Below are positions 10,420 through 22,120 of a DNA stretch of 35,288 nucleotides, piece by piece (position 1 is the first letter of the stretch; each line of letters starts with the position of its first letter). This DNA comes from Macrostomum lignano (taxonomy: Eukaryota): assembly GCA_002269645.1 (NCBI GenBank), contig NIVC01004775.1:1-35288 (forward strand), in the 5' to 3' direction. The notes below the pieces were generated by a model. That model did no database searches and was not told where the DNA came from. It saw nothing but the letters and a program-made list of their open reading frames with translations. A program made the position numbers and the translations under genes.

Positions 10420-11632
10420 TTACTGGTGCCGTGAGTTGTACACAATTGTGCATTTCAGCAGCTGCTTGCTGTACTGTGCACTCGTTTTCGCCACTTTGTA
10501 GCTGCTGTCCCAGAGGCGACTGAAGTCCGCATGCACAGCCTCACTTGCCTGCTCCGACCAGAATCCAAGGCCATGCAGAGCTGATCCAGGCATTTGCGGC
10601 TGGTTGCGAAGAAATAGAGCAACATGCTCAAAGACAGCATGGACTTTAGGGCTGACAGGAATGCCAACATCCTTGTAGGCCGCAGCAAATGCCTTTATTG
10701 CTGCATCGTAGCCGTCTAGAAGCACCAGTCCAAAACAAGTCCTACAGACTTCACGAAAGGTGCGAAGGGCTTGTACAATAGGCATGGCTGCTATGGCACC
10801 GCAGTCTTGCAGCATTTGCTCAAGTGAGTCGACACTGTTTAGCAGCTTGCTGCAGTGGTTGCCAGTAAACTGCCCACCTTGATATGGTGCCTGCCAGATG
10901 TTTAAACGATTAGCAAAGTCCTGTGCTCGTATTGTACAGTTGGAGATTGACTGTAATTGAGAATCAAGCTCCTTGAACAGCCGATTGACAATACCTAGCA
11001 TCAAGTGCAACTCCATTGGAGGCACAACGTTGATCACCAAAGTCTTGTCTGGAAAATCAAGCAGCGGCATTCTAACACAATTCTTGAACCTGGCAGCCGA
11101 GTGCCTTGTGCTACTTGTCTGCTGCACCAGCTCTTGGTAGCTATTAGCATTCTGTCTTATGCTGCCAAATGACCGCAAGGGAACTTCATGATGCATGCTA
11201 CAGAATTCTTTGCAGTTCAACTCGCACCATGGACAGGGGTGACTGCTGCTGGCACACTGGAGGCCAAGTAGTGTGTTAGCCATCTTCATGTCAACAGCAA
11301 GACTGAAGCGTACCTGTTGCAGTCTCAGAAGGTCCAGGACAGCCTTGATGTTGAAGTAGGACTCTCGAACATCTTCGACAATTGCAAGGATCAGCAGTTT
11401 TTTTCACTCCACTATCACAGAAACGAGAACTGCATGCGGCAACAGAATAGCTTGTTTTTGTTTTAGGTTGTTGCTCTGCTCCAATTTGCACAATAGTGAG
11501 ACAGACCTTCAAGAAGTTGCCTCCTCCATCTATGCCAATTTTAACTTCAAAGTTTTCTTCTTCAATGCAGCAGTGGTACAGAAGGCTATCAATGAGTCCC
11601 TCCGGGTCCTTGCAGTATACAACGTGTCTCAT
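10420..11632 (-). pseudogene. DDE transposase catalytic core (RAG1/Transib/Chapaev-like), N-terminally truncated, one frameshift
   Basis: Motifs KIGIDGGGNFLKVC (D1), AVDMKM (D2), CPWC, PPMELHLMLG, FTGNHCSKLL, KVHAVFEHV and GFWSEQASEAVH (E). ORFs 11291-11632 and 10420-11289 join by removing one base from the 7-nt A run (plus-strand T at 11398-11404), giving ...DSGVKKLLILAIVEDVRESYFNIKAVLDLL... Confidence 0.85.
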
Positions 11633-11653
11633 CTCTGTTGCTGCATCCTTCCC

Positions 11654-11956
11654 AGTCTAATATTATTCACCATTTTTCATTTAATGAAGTTTACTAATTT
11701 ATGTATTGATATGTTTGATCAAAAATTATACGTATGCAATACATTATACAAGTAACCCTCAACTACCAGACCACAGATACTATAATTTCAGCACAGAAAT
11801 CATTGTAAAAGTAAAAACATGCAATAAAATAAAAATATCTCGCAAAATCATTTTGAAAATTTATATAAAAACTTCTAGTGGTGCATTGTTTTTGAAAACA
11901 CAACCCGTCTTTTGGGCAATTTTTTTGTCACTTAACTGGTCTTCAGGATAGCTGTG
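11654..11956 (-). repeat. Right inverted terminal repeat (303 bp)
   Basis: Reverse complement of 10050-10352. Confidence 0.93.
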
Positions 11957-12411
11957 GCCAAGCTAGGCTGGCAGAACCAGGGCGATCAACTGCAAAAAGA
12001 AACTATCGAACCAGCAAAGACTAAGAGAGAAGAGTAGGTAAAGTGGCCTTGCGGAGGCTGCGGCAAGGCCATGGGAAGCAATTCATCACGTGTTAGGAGC
12101 ACACGTCAGCAGATGCATACACACTAGTAGTACACTTCTATATGAGTAAATGAAGTGCAGAGGCGCAAGGCAAGGAAGACTTCCATGCAGTGTCTGGGAC
12201 GGCGAAGGTGACAATGCAAAGACCAACAAGAGAGACGGCCTTGGCAACTAGACAGACAATTTAAAAGAGCTACATGTAACGATCGAGGAAGTTAAGAGTT
12301 TCTGCGCTTTGTGTGCGACCGATTGAGACTGTGAATTCGCAGTGCGCATGAGGATCTGACTAGGGTGGAAGAAGTTCATCTTGCTTGTCTTCCAGGTGGG
12401 GCAGTGCGCAG

Positions 12412-12745
12412 CTACAATCCCCAAACTTCACAATATCCGAGCTTCACAATCCCCAAACTTCACAATATCCGAGCTTCACAATCCCCAAACTTCACAAATA
12501 TCCAAGACTCACAATATCCAAACTTCACAACCACCAAACTTCACAAATATCCAAGACCCACAATATCCAAACTTCACAATCCCCAAACTTCACAAATATC
12601 CAAGACCCACAATATCCAAACTTCACAATCCCCAAACTTCACAAATATCCAAGACTCACAATATCCAAACTTCACAACCACCAAACTTCACAAATATCCA
12701 AGACCCACAATATCCAAACTTCACAATGCACAAAGTTCACAATAA
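12412..12745. repeat. Minisatellite built of CCAAACTTCACAA / TATCCAAGAC(C/T)CACAA subunits
   Basis: Tandem subunits of about 17 bp in a higher-order unit of about 50 bp. Confidence 0.9.
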
Positions 12746-13159
12746 CTAAATAGCCAGAAATGACGTAACTTAAGGAGCTGTGTCAAATAGAGTTGTTTTA
12801 TTATTTCAATCTAAACTTATTGTATATGTTGTATAGATTTAAGGCTTAAAAGCGAAGAAAATTAATTACAAATAAATACGACAGAGATAAAAAACTTTAA
12901 AAATTCGGGAGTTCCTTGTACGAGGCAATATTTGTTCAATTAGGAACAGAAAAATTTTTACTGAGCATACTACTTCATAGCTACAGTACATGTATGCATT
13001 AATATGCAATCTAAAGGAATCTTCAATAGAAACTGCACTACTGTAGCTGCGATAGAGAAAGTAAGCATGTTTAAATAAGTTTAAATAGCTTTAAAAAGTA
13101 AGTACAGTAAGTATAATCTGGCCTGCATAATGTCGATGAGAAAAGACTGACTGCTCATG

Positions 13160-13956
13160 TTAACTGCACAGAGAGGCGACCACCTGAGCGATGTTCACCT
13201 TGCCGAAGACTTCACCGTTGCCGCCTGTCGCTCCCGTGGCCTGCTTGCCGGATGAGCTCGCGTAGCTGCCACCGCCGCCTCCGTAGCCGTCATCGCTGTC
13301 GCCGGATCCTCCGCAACCGCCAGAGAAGCCGCCTCCTCCACCGCCGCCTCCACCGCGGCCGTCAGGAGGGACTCCATCGTTGTTGCCGCCTCCGCCACCT
13401 CCGCCGTAGCCGCCGAAGCCGTTGCTGCCCGTTCCCGCGTTGCCGCCGGCCCAGCTGCCGCCGATGCCTCTTCCACCGTGGCCTCCGCCATTGCCAGTGG
13501 CTTGAGCTGTTCCATCTGAGCTCCAGCCAGCTCCGCCCGCGCCAGAGTTATCGTTGCTGTCTCCGTCACCGCCTTGTCCGTCGGATGTGCCGCAAGAGCC
13601 TCCGGTGCTGCTTGTTCCGTCCTTACCGATCGACGAGGAAGACTCGGCGCCGCCGCCTCCTCCGCCACCGGCCGCCAGCAGCAGCGTGTTGGGGCCGGTT
13701 GTGTACACAAAGCTGCCTCCTCCTCCGCCTCCTCCACCGCTGCTGCCGCTGTTTCCCGGCTTGCCAACAACAAGCGTGAGAGTTTGCGACGTGGTCAGCA
13801 TGAAATTGGCGCTCTTGAATGCGCCTCTGCCGCCGTTCGCGTTAGCGGATGACTTGCCGCCTCTGGCGCCCCAAGCCGAGATTTGATAGCAGCCGTCGGT
13901 CGGCGGAGTGAAAGTCTGCACCGATCCAGTTTGGTTGCTCGAGTCCGACGGAGGAG
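13160..13956 (-). CDS. Copy 1 exon 2: ALK/LTK-type glycine-rich domain
   Basis: 103-nt intron 13957-14059 ending TTCTTCCAG|. Encodes TGSVQTFTPPTDGCYQISAWGARGG...GGRGA..LTLVVGKPG..GGGGGSFV...LLLAAGGGGG, the pattern of the ALK/LTK glycine-rich family. Spliced product is 449 aa. Confidence 0.85.
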
Positions 13957-14059
13957 CTGGAAGAAGTTCCATGTGTTGTATTGCTATAATCTGATACAGT
14001 GTTCGCTAATGGCACCCATGACCCGGCATTTAGATCGGAAGATCTCATGCTCAACTTAC

Positions 14060-14612
14060 CATGAAATGCGGTTTGTGCAGTGGTTGTTGTTTGGGTTGTA
14101 GTTGTAGTTGGTGTTGTAGTTGTAGTTGGTATTGTAGTTGTAGTTGGTGTTGTAGTTGTAGTTGTAGTTGTAGTTGGTGTTGTAGTTGTAGTAGTAGTTG
14201 TAGTTGTAGTTGTAGTTGGTGTTGTAGTTGTAGTAGCAACTGCTCCAGTCGAGGCTGCAGTTGTGGCTGCAGTGTCGCTCGTGGACGCGCACGCTGCCCG
14301 ATCTCGAAGCGTCTGCGTGTCGCACGCTGGCCCGCCAGTGCTCTGCCACTTCAGCAGCAGGTCGCAGCTGTTGCCAAGGACGCAGGATTTGTTGCCAGGC
14401 AGGTATTGGTAGACGGAGCACATGCTGGTGTTGACCGCGCACTCAACCGCGCACACTCGAGAGTCAACAACTCCGAGCACTTTGCGCTGGTGGCCAGCAG
14501 CCGGGTCCGCCTCCGCGAAGCACAGGTCCGGCCTCTTGTCGAAGACGAAGGTCTCACCGGCAGCTCGAGAGCTCCAGATGGCCACGATGACGGCAATGCT
14601 CGATAAAGACAT
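14060..14612 (-). CDS. Secreted PAN/apple-like + Thr-rich + glycine-rich protein, copy 1, exon 1
   Basis: ATG at 14612, hydrophobic signal MSLSSIAVIVAIWSSRAAG. Cys domain C..(CAVEC)..CSVYQY..CVLG.SC..C resembles PAN/apple, followed by a poly-Thr stalk. Donor CATG|GTAAGT, phase 1. Confidence 0.82.
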
Positions 14613-15271
14613 TTTGGAAGGCCGTCCAGTAAGTAGGAATGAGAAGGCAGCACTGAGTGAGAGGCTGTGAGCTTGAGAATCTCAACAAACTGGGGAAGTA
14701 GCGCAGACCCGATGCAGTCAAACTCTGCTTTAGTAGGAAAGTCTATTGTCTTGGGGCCTGCCTAATGTTTCCATTGAAACTTTGAGAAACAAACTGACAG
14801 AGGGAAACATGTGAGAGAGCGAGAAAGGAGGGGAGGGAGAGCGGGGAAAGGTGGGGACGTAGAGCGAGAGGGGAGAAAATAAAGACCAGTCGTGGGAATG
14901 GGTTGGGTCCTCCGCAAAAACGACGTGGAAAAATGGTTCTCTTTAGAAATCTCTACTCATGAGGATAAGTTGATCGATGCCGCTAAAGTACCGAGTTTGG
15001 GGTACAAGCGCACATTTTGACCATCGCACGTATTTCAAAGAATTATTGCGTTAAATAGCGAATTTTTTAATCAGTGCTCCTTATCAACTATGGAGAAGTG
15101 ATTTTAATACTTCCAGCTCCATGTTAAGAGCTCGTTTATGCGGCCATCGCACGTGGTTACTATTCACGGATTCTACTTTTTTTGTCGCCTTTGTACATTT
15201 CTTGGAGGATTTTTACAACTAGCCTACTAGAAGTGGTAAGATGAAGCTATATAAAGCAAGCTGTCAGAATT

Positions 15272-17584
15272 GCGTTCCTGCGCGTGGCAGGTACGCAACC
15301 CGGAGACAAGCACAGCTCGACCACGTGCTCGTGCGTTTCCGTGAGCGTCGTCGCGCCGTCAACTGCCGCACCATCACGCCGCTGGCTCTGCGGTCCGATC
15401 ACCGGCTCCTCATCTGCGACCTCAACCTTTGCGATCCGCTCTACCGTCCGCCGAAGCGGCCACCGCGGTGCTACTACCGCGCGCTCAGAGCCACCGATAC
15501 GCAGCGTCGCTTTGCTAGCGCCTTTAACACCGCGCTGGGCGACAAGCGTGGAAGTGCCGAGTATGCGGAAGTGTGCGCTGCAGTCAGAACCACCGCGGAG
15601 CAAGTAGTCCCGATGATGCAACCGGCTCAACGTGGGCAGCCGGTCTGGCAGGACGACCCTGCGATTCAGGCAGCGAGGAAAGATCTGGAGAGGCTCCGCT
15701 TGAGCAGGCGACCAACCCGCGAGGCAGAGGCAGCTCTGGCGGCTGTCTACCTGCAGCGCCAACAAGCGGCTGTCGATGACGCCATTCAGGCTGTCTCTGC
15801 CGCTGGGCCCGATGCCAGAGGCGCGTGGCCTGGTCCGCCATCAACGCTCTGACGGGGCGAAAGCGGCGAAATCCGCTGAACCTGGCTGGTGACACTCCGG
15901 ACGAGCGCAGGAACGAGCTGCGCGAGTTCTTCGCCGCCATCGTCAACGCGCCGCCACCCCGCTGCCAGACAGTCTGACGCTGCCGCCGGAGACGCCGTTG
16001 CCGGCAGAGAAGAGTTTCAGCGTAGCCCCAGTCAACGCAGCCGACGTTGTCAAGCTCGCCCAGCAGTCACCGGGCGGGAAAGCGCTGGGTCCGGACGAGG
16101 TGCCCATCGAGGCGCTGCGCATCCCCTGTGTGGCCGCTGAGGTCGCCAGAGTGATGAACCGCGTGCTCTTCGGTGAGGCGGCGCCCAACGAATGGACCAC
16201 GGCACACATCGGCGCACATCGTCGCTGTTCCAAAGAAGCCGGGCACCACTAGGCTTGAAGACCATCGAGGCATCTGCCTTCAGTCCTGTGCAGCGAAGCT
16301 GTTCAACCGGATGCTGCTTTCGCGGTTGCAGCCCGTGCTGGATCCGTACCTGCGCCCAGAGCAGAACGGGTTCCGGCCCATCGCGGCACAGTGGCGCAGA
16401 TCCTGGCTCTTCGCCGAGTCATCGAGGAGGCGCGGATTCGCCAGTCGATCCTGATTCTAATCTTTATTGATTTCAAGAAGGCATTCGACTCGGTTGTCAG
16501 AGCCGTGCTTCCAATGGTGCTCCGCGCGTACAACGTGCCTAAGCAGCTGATCTCGCCATCATGGCGATGTACCGTGATACGACAGCTGCTGTGACAACAC
16601 CGGATGGCCTATCGGACTCCTTTGAGACATCCTCCGGAGTGCTTCAGGGAGATACGCTGGCGCCGTTCCTGTTCGTCCTGGTGCTTGACTGGGTGCTGCG
16701 GATTGCTCTTCCTACCGACGACGACGGTTTTCTGCTGCGGCGACGCGTGGGTCGACGTCAACCGGAGAAACGGCTCAGCGTGCTTGGCTACGCCGACGAC
16801 CTCGCCTTGCGGTCCTCGACCGTCGAGGGCACCCAACGGCAGCTGGACACGCTAGTTGCCGTTGCGGCGAGCGTCGGCCTGGTGGTCAACACGCAGAAGA
16901 CCGTTGTGCTCTGCGTGCCGGACGACATCGAGACTGTAATATTCTGCCGAGGCACTGACGGGCAGGCGACCGAACTCCCGCGATGTCAGCAGTTCGTCTA
17001 CCTCGGCGGTCTGGTTCCAGACGCTCGCGAGGACCTGCGACGCCGCCGCGGGCTTGCCTGGGCTGCCTTTCGTTCTGTGAGGGCAGTCCTGCAGTCCGAG
17101 GCCCTACCGACCGCCAGAGGGCGGCGCTGTTCCAGGCGGTAATCGAGACCGTCCTGCTGTACAACGCCGAGACCTGGACGCTGACGGACTCACTCGAACA
17201 GCAAGTTGATGCGGCGCACGCTGGCCTGCTGCGCGTCGCCTTCAACATCGGCGTCGAGCGAGTCACCAACGCGGCACTCTATCGCCGCGCTGGCCTGCCA
17301 CGTCCAAGCGATCTACTGCGCCGTCGGCGACTCCAGCTCGCAGGCCATCTCATCCGCGCCGAGTCGTACTGCCCACAGCCGGTGCAGGAGGTGCTGCTGC
17401 TCACGCTGCAGGCACCCTACCGGCGAGGACAAGCGCGAACTCGGCGTTATGTCGACTGTCTGCTGGCTGACGCCGGCGCCCCGGACACTGCCTGTGGTGC
17501 GGCCTTTGTTCGCGCCCAAGCCATGAAGCGCGCCCTGTGATGCTGACTTTTGCCATCCTGACAGCGTATTTTGTTGTTTGTTGT
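15272..17584 (+). mobile_element. 5'-truncated non-LTR retrotransposon of the RTE/RTEX type with several frameshifts
   Basis: AP-endonuclease C-terminus (QLDHVLV..SDHRLL), RT motifs (GPDEVP, HRGICLQS.AAKLFNRMLLSRL, EQNGFR, FIDFKKAFDSV, GVLQGDTLAPFLF, YADD) and RTE-type tail (LLYNAETWTL, RRRRLQLAGH). Ends in a (TTG)n-like tail. 10-bp TSD TGTCAGAATT at 15262-15271 and 17585-17594. Confidence 0.93.
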
Positions 17585-17693
17585 TGTCAGAATTTTATTT
17601 AATACGCAATACTCAATTTTTGGACCATGACTACTTTGGAATTCTCAATGGATAAGCGCTAATGTGCTGTACGTAATAAAGGACAGGTAGGTT

Positions 17694-17920
17694 GGGTTGT
17701 AGCCTTAGGTTATAGGTTGGAGCGTTGGACTCACAACTAAAAGGTCGGGGGTTCGATTCCTGACCCACTCGGAACAATTCGTGTCTTTGAGCAAGACACT
17801 TAACTCTGCATTGCTTCAGTTCACCCAGCTGTAAAATGGGTGCCAGCATTAGCTGGGGTAATTGAGGCTGTGTGTGGCGACCCCCCAGTCCTTGCACTGA
17901 ACAGCCGTGGACAGGTGTAG
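17694..17920 (+). mobile_element. tRNA/CORE-type SINE copy with an internal deletion in its 3' part
   Basis: B box GGTTCGATTCC and CORE-like block nearly identical to 2738-2945, then jumps directly to CAGGTGTA. Confidence 0.85.
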
Positions 17921-18112
17921 TGTAGTAAGATATTTAATTAGGCTGATGTAACTAACCACGCTTTGGTCGCGGGATAGGGCAGGGGAACTTTTTCGAGAAG
18001 TGCCGCCCATCACCGTGCACCTCTTGCGCAGAGCCGTCGCGCAAGTATGCAAGCTGATTGTTTTCCAGTGTTTGTAACAATAAAAAATGACGAGTATCAG
18101 TGCGCGCTCATG

Positions 18113-18903
18113 TTAACTGCACAGAGAGCCGTCCACCTGAGCGATGCTCACCTTGCCGAAGACTTCACCGTTGCCGCCTGTCGTTCCCGCGGCCTGCTTG
18201 CCGGATGAGCTCGCGTAGCTGCCGCCGCTGCCTCCGTAGCCGTCATCGCTGTCGCCGGATCCTCCACAACCGCCAGAGAAGCCGCCTCCTCCGCCGCCGC
18301 CTCCATTGTCACCATCGTTGTTGCCGCCTCCTCCGCCTCCGCCAAAGCCGCCGAAGCCGTTGCTGCCGGTTCCCGCGTTGCCGCCGGCCCAGCTGCCGCC
18401 GATGCCTCTTCCACCGTGGCCTCCGCCATTGCCAGTGGCTCGAGCTGCTCCGTCTGAGCTCCAGCCAGCTCCGCCCGCGCCAGAGTTATCGTTGCTGTCT
18501 CCGTCACCGCCTTGTCCGTCGGATGTGTCGCAAGAGCCTCCGGTGCTGCTTGTTCCGTCCTTACCGACCGACGAGGAAGACTCGGCGCCGCCGCCTCCTC
18601 CGCCACCGGCCGCCAGCAGCAGCGTGTTGGGGCCGGTTGTGTACACAAAGCTGCCGCCTCCTCCGCCTCCTCCGCCTCCTCCGCCGCTGCTGCCGCTGTT
18701 TCCCGGCTTGCCAACAACAAGCGTGAGAGCTTGCGACGTGGTCAGCATGAAATTGGCGCTCTTGAATGCGCCTCTGCCGCCGTTCGCGTTAGCGGATGAC
18801 TTGCCGCCTCTGGCGCCCCAAGCCGAGATTCGATAGCAGCCGTCGGTCGGCGGAGTGAAAGTCTGCACCGATCCAGTTTGGTTGCTCGAGTCCGACGGAG
18901 GAG
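18113..18903 (-). CDS. Copy 2 exon 2: ALK/LTK-type glycine-rich domain
   Basis: 103-nt intron 18904-19006, open frame to TAA. Spliced product is 491 aa. Confidence 0.85.
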
Positions 18904-19006
18904 CTGGAGGGAGTTCCGTATGTTGTATTGCTATAGTCTGATACAGTGCTCGCTAATGGCACCCATGACCCGGCATTTAGATCGGAAGATCTCATGCTCA
19001 ACTTAC

Positions 19007-19691
19007 CATGAAATGCGGTTTGTGCAGTGGTTGTTGTTTGGGTTGTAGTTGTAGTCGTAGTTGTAGTTGTAGTTGGTGTTGTAGTTGTAGTTGGTGTTGT
19101 AGTTGTAGTTGGTGTTGTAGTTGTAGTAGTAGTTGTAGTTGGTGTTGTAGTTGTAGTTGGTGTTGTAGTTGTAGTTGATGTTGTAGTTGTAGTTGGTGTT
19201 GTAGTTGTAGTTGGTGTTGTAGTTGTAGTTGGTGTTGTAGTTGTAGTTGGTGTTGTAGTTGTAGTTGATGTTGTAGTTGTAGTTGTAGTTGGTGTTGTAG
19301 TTGTAGTTGTAGTAGCAACTGCTCCAGTCGAGGCTGCAGTTGTGGCTGCAGTGTCGCTCGTGGACGCGCACGCTGCCCGATCTCGAAGCGTCTGCGTGTC
19401 GCACGCCGGCCCGCCGGTGCTCTGCCACTTCAGCAGCAGGTCGCAGCTGTTGCCAAGGACGCAGGATTTGTTGCCAGGCAGGTATTGGTAGACGGAGCAC
19501 AAACTGGTGTTGACCGCGCACTCAACCGCGCACACTCGAGAGTCAACAACTCCGAGCACTTTGCGCTGGTCGCCAGCAGCCGGGGCCGCCTCCGCGAAGC
19601 ACAGGTCCGGCCTCTTGTCGAAGACGAAGGTCTCACCGGCAGCTCGAGAGCTCCAGATGGCCACGATGACGGCAATGCTCGATAAGGACAT
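19007..19691 (-). CDS. Secreted PAN-like + Thr-rich + glycine-rich protein, copy 2, exon 1
   Basis: Paralog of copy 1 with a longer (PTTTTT)n stalk. ATG at 19691, donor CATG|GTAAGT, 685 nt, phase 1. Confidence 0.82.
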
Positions 19692-20970
19692 TTTGGAAGG
19701 CCGTCCAGTAAGTAGGAATGAGAAGGCAGCACTGAGTGAGAGGCTGTGAGCTTGAGAATCTCAAAAACTGGGGAAGTAGCGCAGACCCGATGCAGTCAAA
19801 CTCTGCTTTAGTAGGAAAGTCTATTGTCTTGGGGCCTGCCTAATGTTTCCATGGAAACTTTGAGAAACAAACTGACAGAGAGAAAATGTGAGAGAGTGAG
19901 AGAGGAGGGGAGCGAGAGTGGGAAACGAGAGGCCACAGTAGCGTACGAGCGTAGCTTGAAATGGGAGGCGATAATGGGAGGGGATAACTCCTGATGGGGA
20001 GATAAAAGCTGTAAATGTTAGAAAACGCAAAAAGACTCAGTTTTTGTTAAAGTCTGTGCCACAAAAATTTCTACCAATGGGGGGCTTATCACGGTCTACT
20101 GAGAGACGAGTCTTAAGAATGGATGGGTGCTCTGCAACAAACGACTTGGCAAACTTTCTATAGTAATCTCTATTCGTGAAGGCACTTAGCGTCGTTACCC
20201 AAAGAACTTCTCTTTTGAGGGAAGGCTATCCATTAGCGGTCGATATTTCAGCTCTTCCATTTTAAGCTGATGTTAAATGAGACCCATGGTATGCCTGGCG
20301 CGCCATCAGTGTTGGGGGGTGGTGCATATTTTCTTTCTAGTTTTAGGCTTGCTGACAGAACCATACTGAAGGCACTACGGGCGACAAAGCATTTAAGGCA
20401 AGAGAGATTTCAGGCAAAGAATCGACTGAATCCGTCGGGAAGTTATATAAAAGCCCTCTAAAAGCCAGAAAAACAAAATTATTAGTGAATTGACCTTGTC
20501 AGAGACCATTTTGGTAGTCAATGAGCTGCCAATAGCACTGATGATACTGGCACAGAGAATTTCGATTGGACACCACTTAAAAATATCTCCCTCGCCTCTG
20601 TAATATTCTTCACTTTTGTTGTTGCTTGTTACGTCAGTGATGTGACTCAATAGCTCGTTCACGCTGCCATGAAATCACACATAGGATGTACAAAGATACA
20701 GCAGCTTGTGAACGAGTCGTGTGATTACGCAAATATTGGGCTCCTGTGATGGCAGCGCCGAAGTAGCTTTGAACTGAGCTGCATTTACATGTAGATGTCT
20801 TCAACATGACTTTACATGTCTTTAACTATTTAACAGGGTAGCGCTTTCTTTGACTCTAACGCAGAAACTGCTCTATAGTGCATATACGGTGCTGACGGTG
20901 GCAGACAGGCGGCCTTGATGTTGCTACCTCTTCGGTCTCGTGCCGCATATGTTGCGCTTGGGCTCTCAGA

Positions 20971-22120
20971 CCGACAGATGGAAGACTGCATGCTCGAGAT
21001 CCGACAGATGGGAGACTGCATGCTCACATGTTCGAGATCCGACAGATGGGAGACTACATGCTCACATGTTCGAGATCCGACAGATGGGAGACTGCATGCT
21101 CACATGTTCGAGATCCGACAGATGGGAGACTGCATGCTCACATGTTCGAGATCCGACAGATGGAAGACTGCATGCTCGAGATCCGACAGATGGGAGACTG
21201 CATGCTCACATGTTCGAGATCCGACAGATGGAGACTGCATGCTCACATGTCGAGATCCGACAGATAGGGAGACTGCATGCTCACATGTTCGAGATCCGAC
21301 AGATAGGAGACTGCATGCTCACATGCTCGAGATCCGACAGATGGGAGACTGCATGCTCACATGCTCGAGATCCGACAGATAGGAGACTGCATGCTCACAT
21401 GCTCGAGATCCGACAGATAGGAGACTGCATGCTCGAGATCCGACAGATAGGAGACTGCATGCTCACATGCTCGAGATCCGACAGATAGGAGACTGCATGC
21501 TCACATGCTCGAGATCTGACAGATGGGAGACTGCATGCTCGAGATCTGACAGATGGGAGACTGCATGCTCGAGATCCGACAGATAGGAGACTGCATGCTC
21601 ACATGCTCGAGATCTGACAGACAGATAGGAGACTGCATGCTCGAGATCCGACAGATAGGAGACTGCATGCTCACATGCTCGAGATCTGACAGATGGGAGA
21701 CTGCATGCTCACATGCTCGAGATCTGACAGATGGGAGACTGCATGCTCGAGATCCGATGCTGCATGAGATCCGACAGATAGGAGACTGCATGCTCACATG
21801 CTCGAGATCCGACAGATGGAGACTGCATGCTCGAGATCCGACAGATGGAGACTGCATGCTCGAGATCCGACAGATGGGAGACTGCATGCTCGAGATCCGA
21901 TGCTGCATGAGATCCGACAGATGGGAGACTGCATGCTCGAGATCTGACAGATGGGAGACTGCATGCTCGAGATCCGACAGATAGGAGACTGCATGCTCGA
22001 GATCCGATGCTGCATGAGATCTGACAGATGGGAGACTGCATGCTCGAGATCCGACAGATAGGAGACTGCATGCTCACATGCTCGAGATCCCACAGATGCG
22101 AGACTGCATGCTCGAGATCC
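20971..22120. repeat. 30/38-bp minisatellite (GAGATCCGACAGATGGGAGACTGCATGCTC[ACATGCTC])n
   Basis: Tandem units directly visible. Confidence 0.96.

Larger units (their letters stand above)
10050..11956 (-). mobile_element. Cut-and-paste DNA transposon with a RAG1/Transib-like DDE core; CAC...GTG ends and a 4-bp TSD suggest Chapaev type
   Basis: Termini 5'-CACAGCTATC...GATAGCTGTG-3'. GCCA is duplicated at 10046-10049 and 11957-11960. Inverted repeats are 303 bp and flank an internal transposase core. Confidence 0.88.

Noticed and set aside
13195-18836. Overlapping Pro-, Arg- and Ala-rich ORFs in other frames and on the opposite strand of the Gly-rich exons
   Set aside because: These are shadow frames of GGC/GGA-rich coding sequence; only the Gly-rich frame has family motifs and matching splice phases.
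20393-20662. Minus-strand 89-aa ORF upstream of copy 2
   Set aside because: No recognisable homology; part of it is shared flanking sequence duplicated near 22325-22362.
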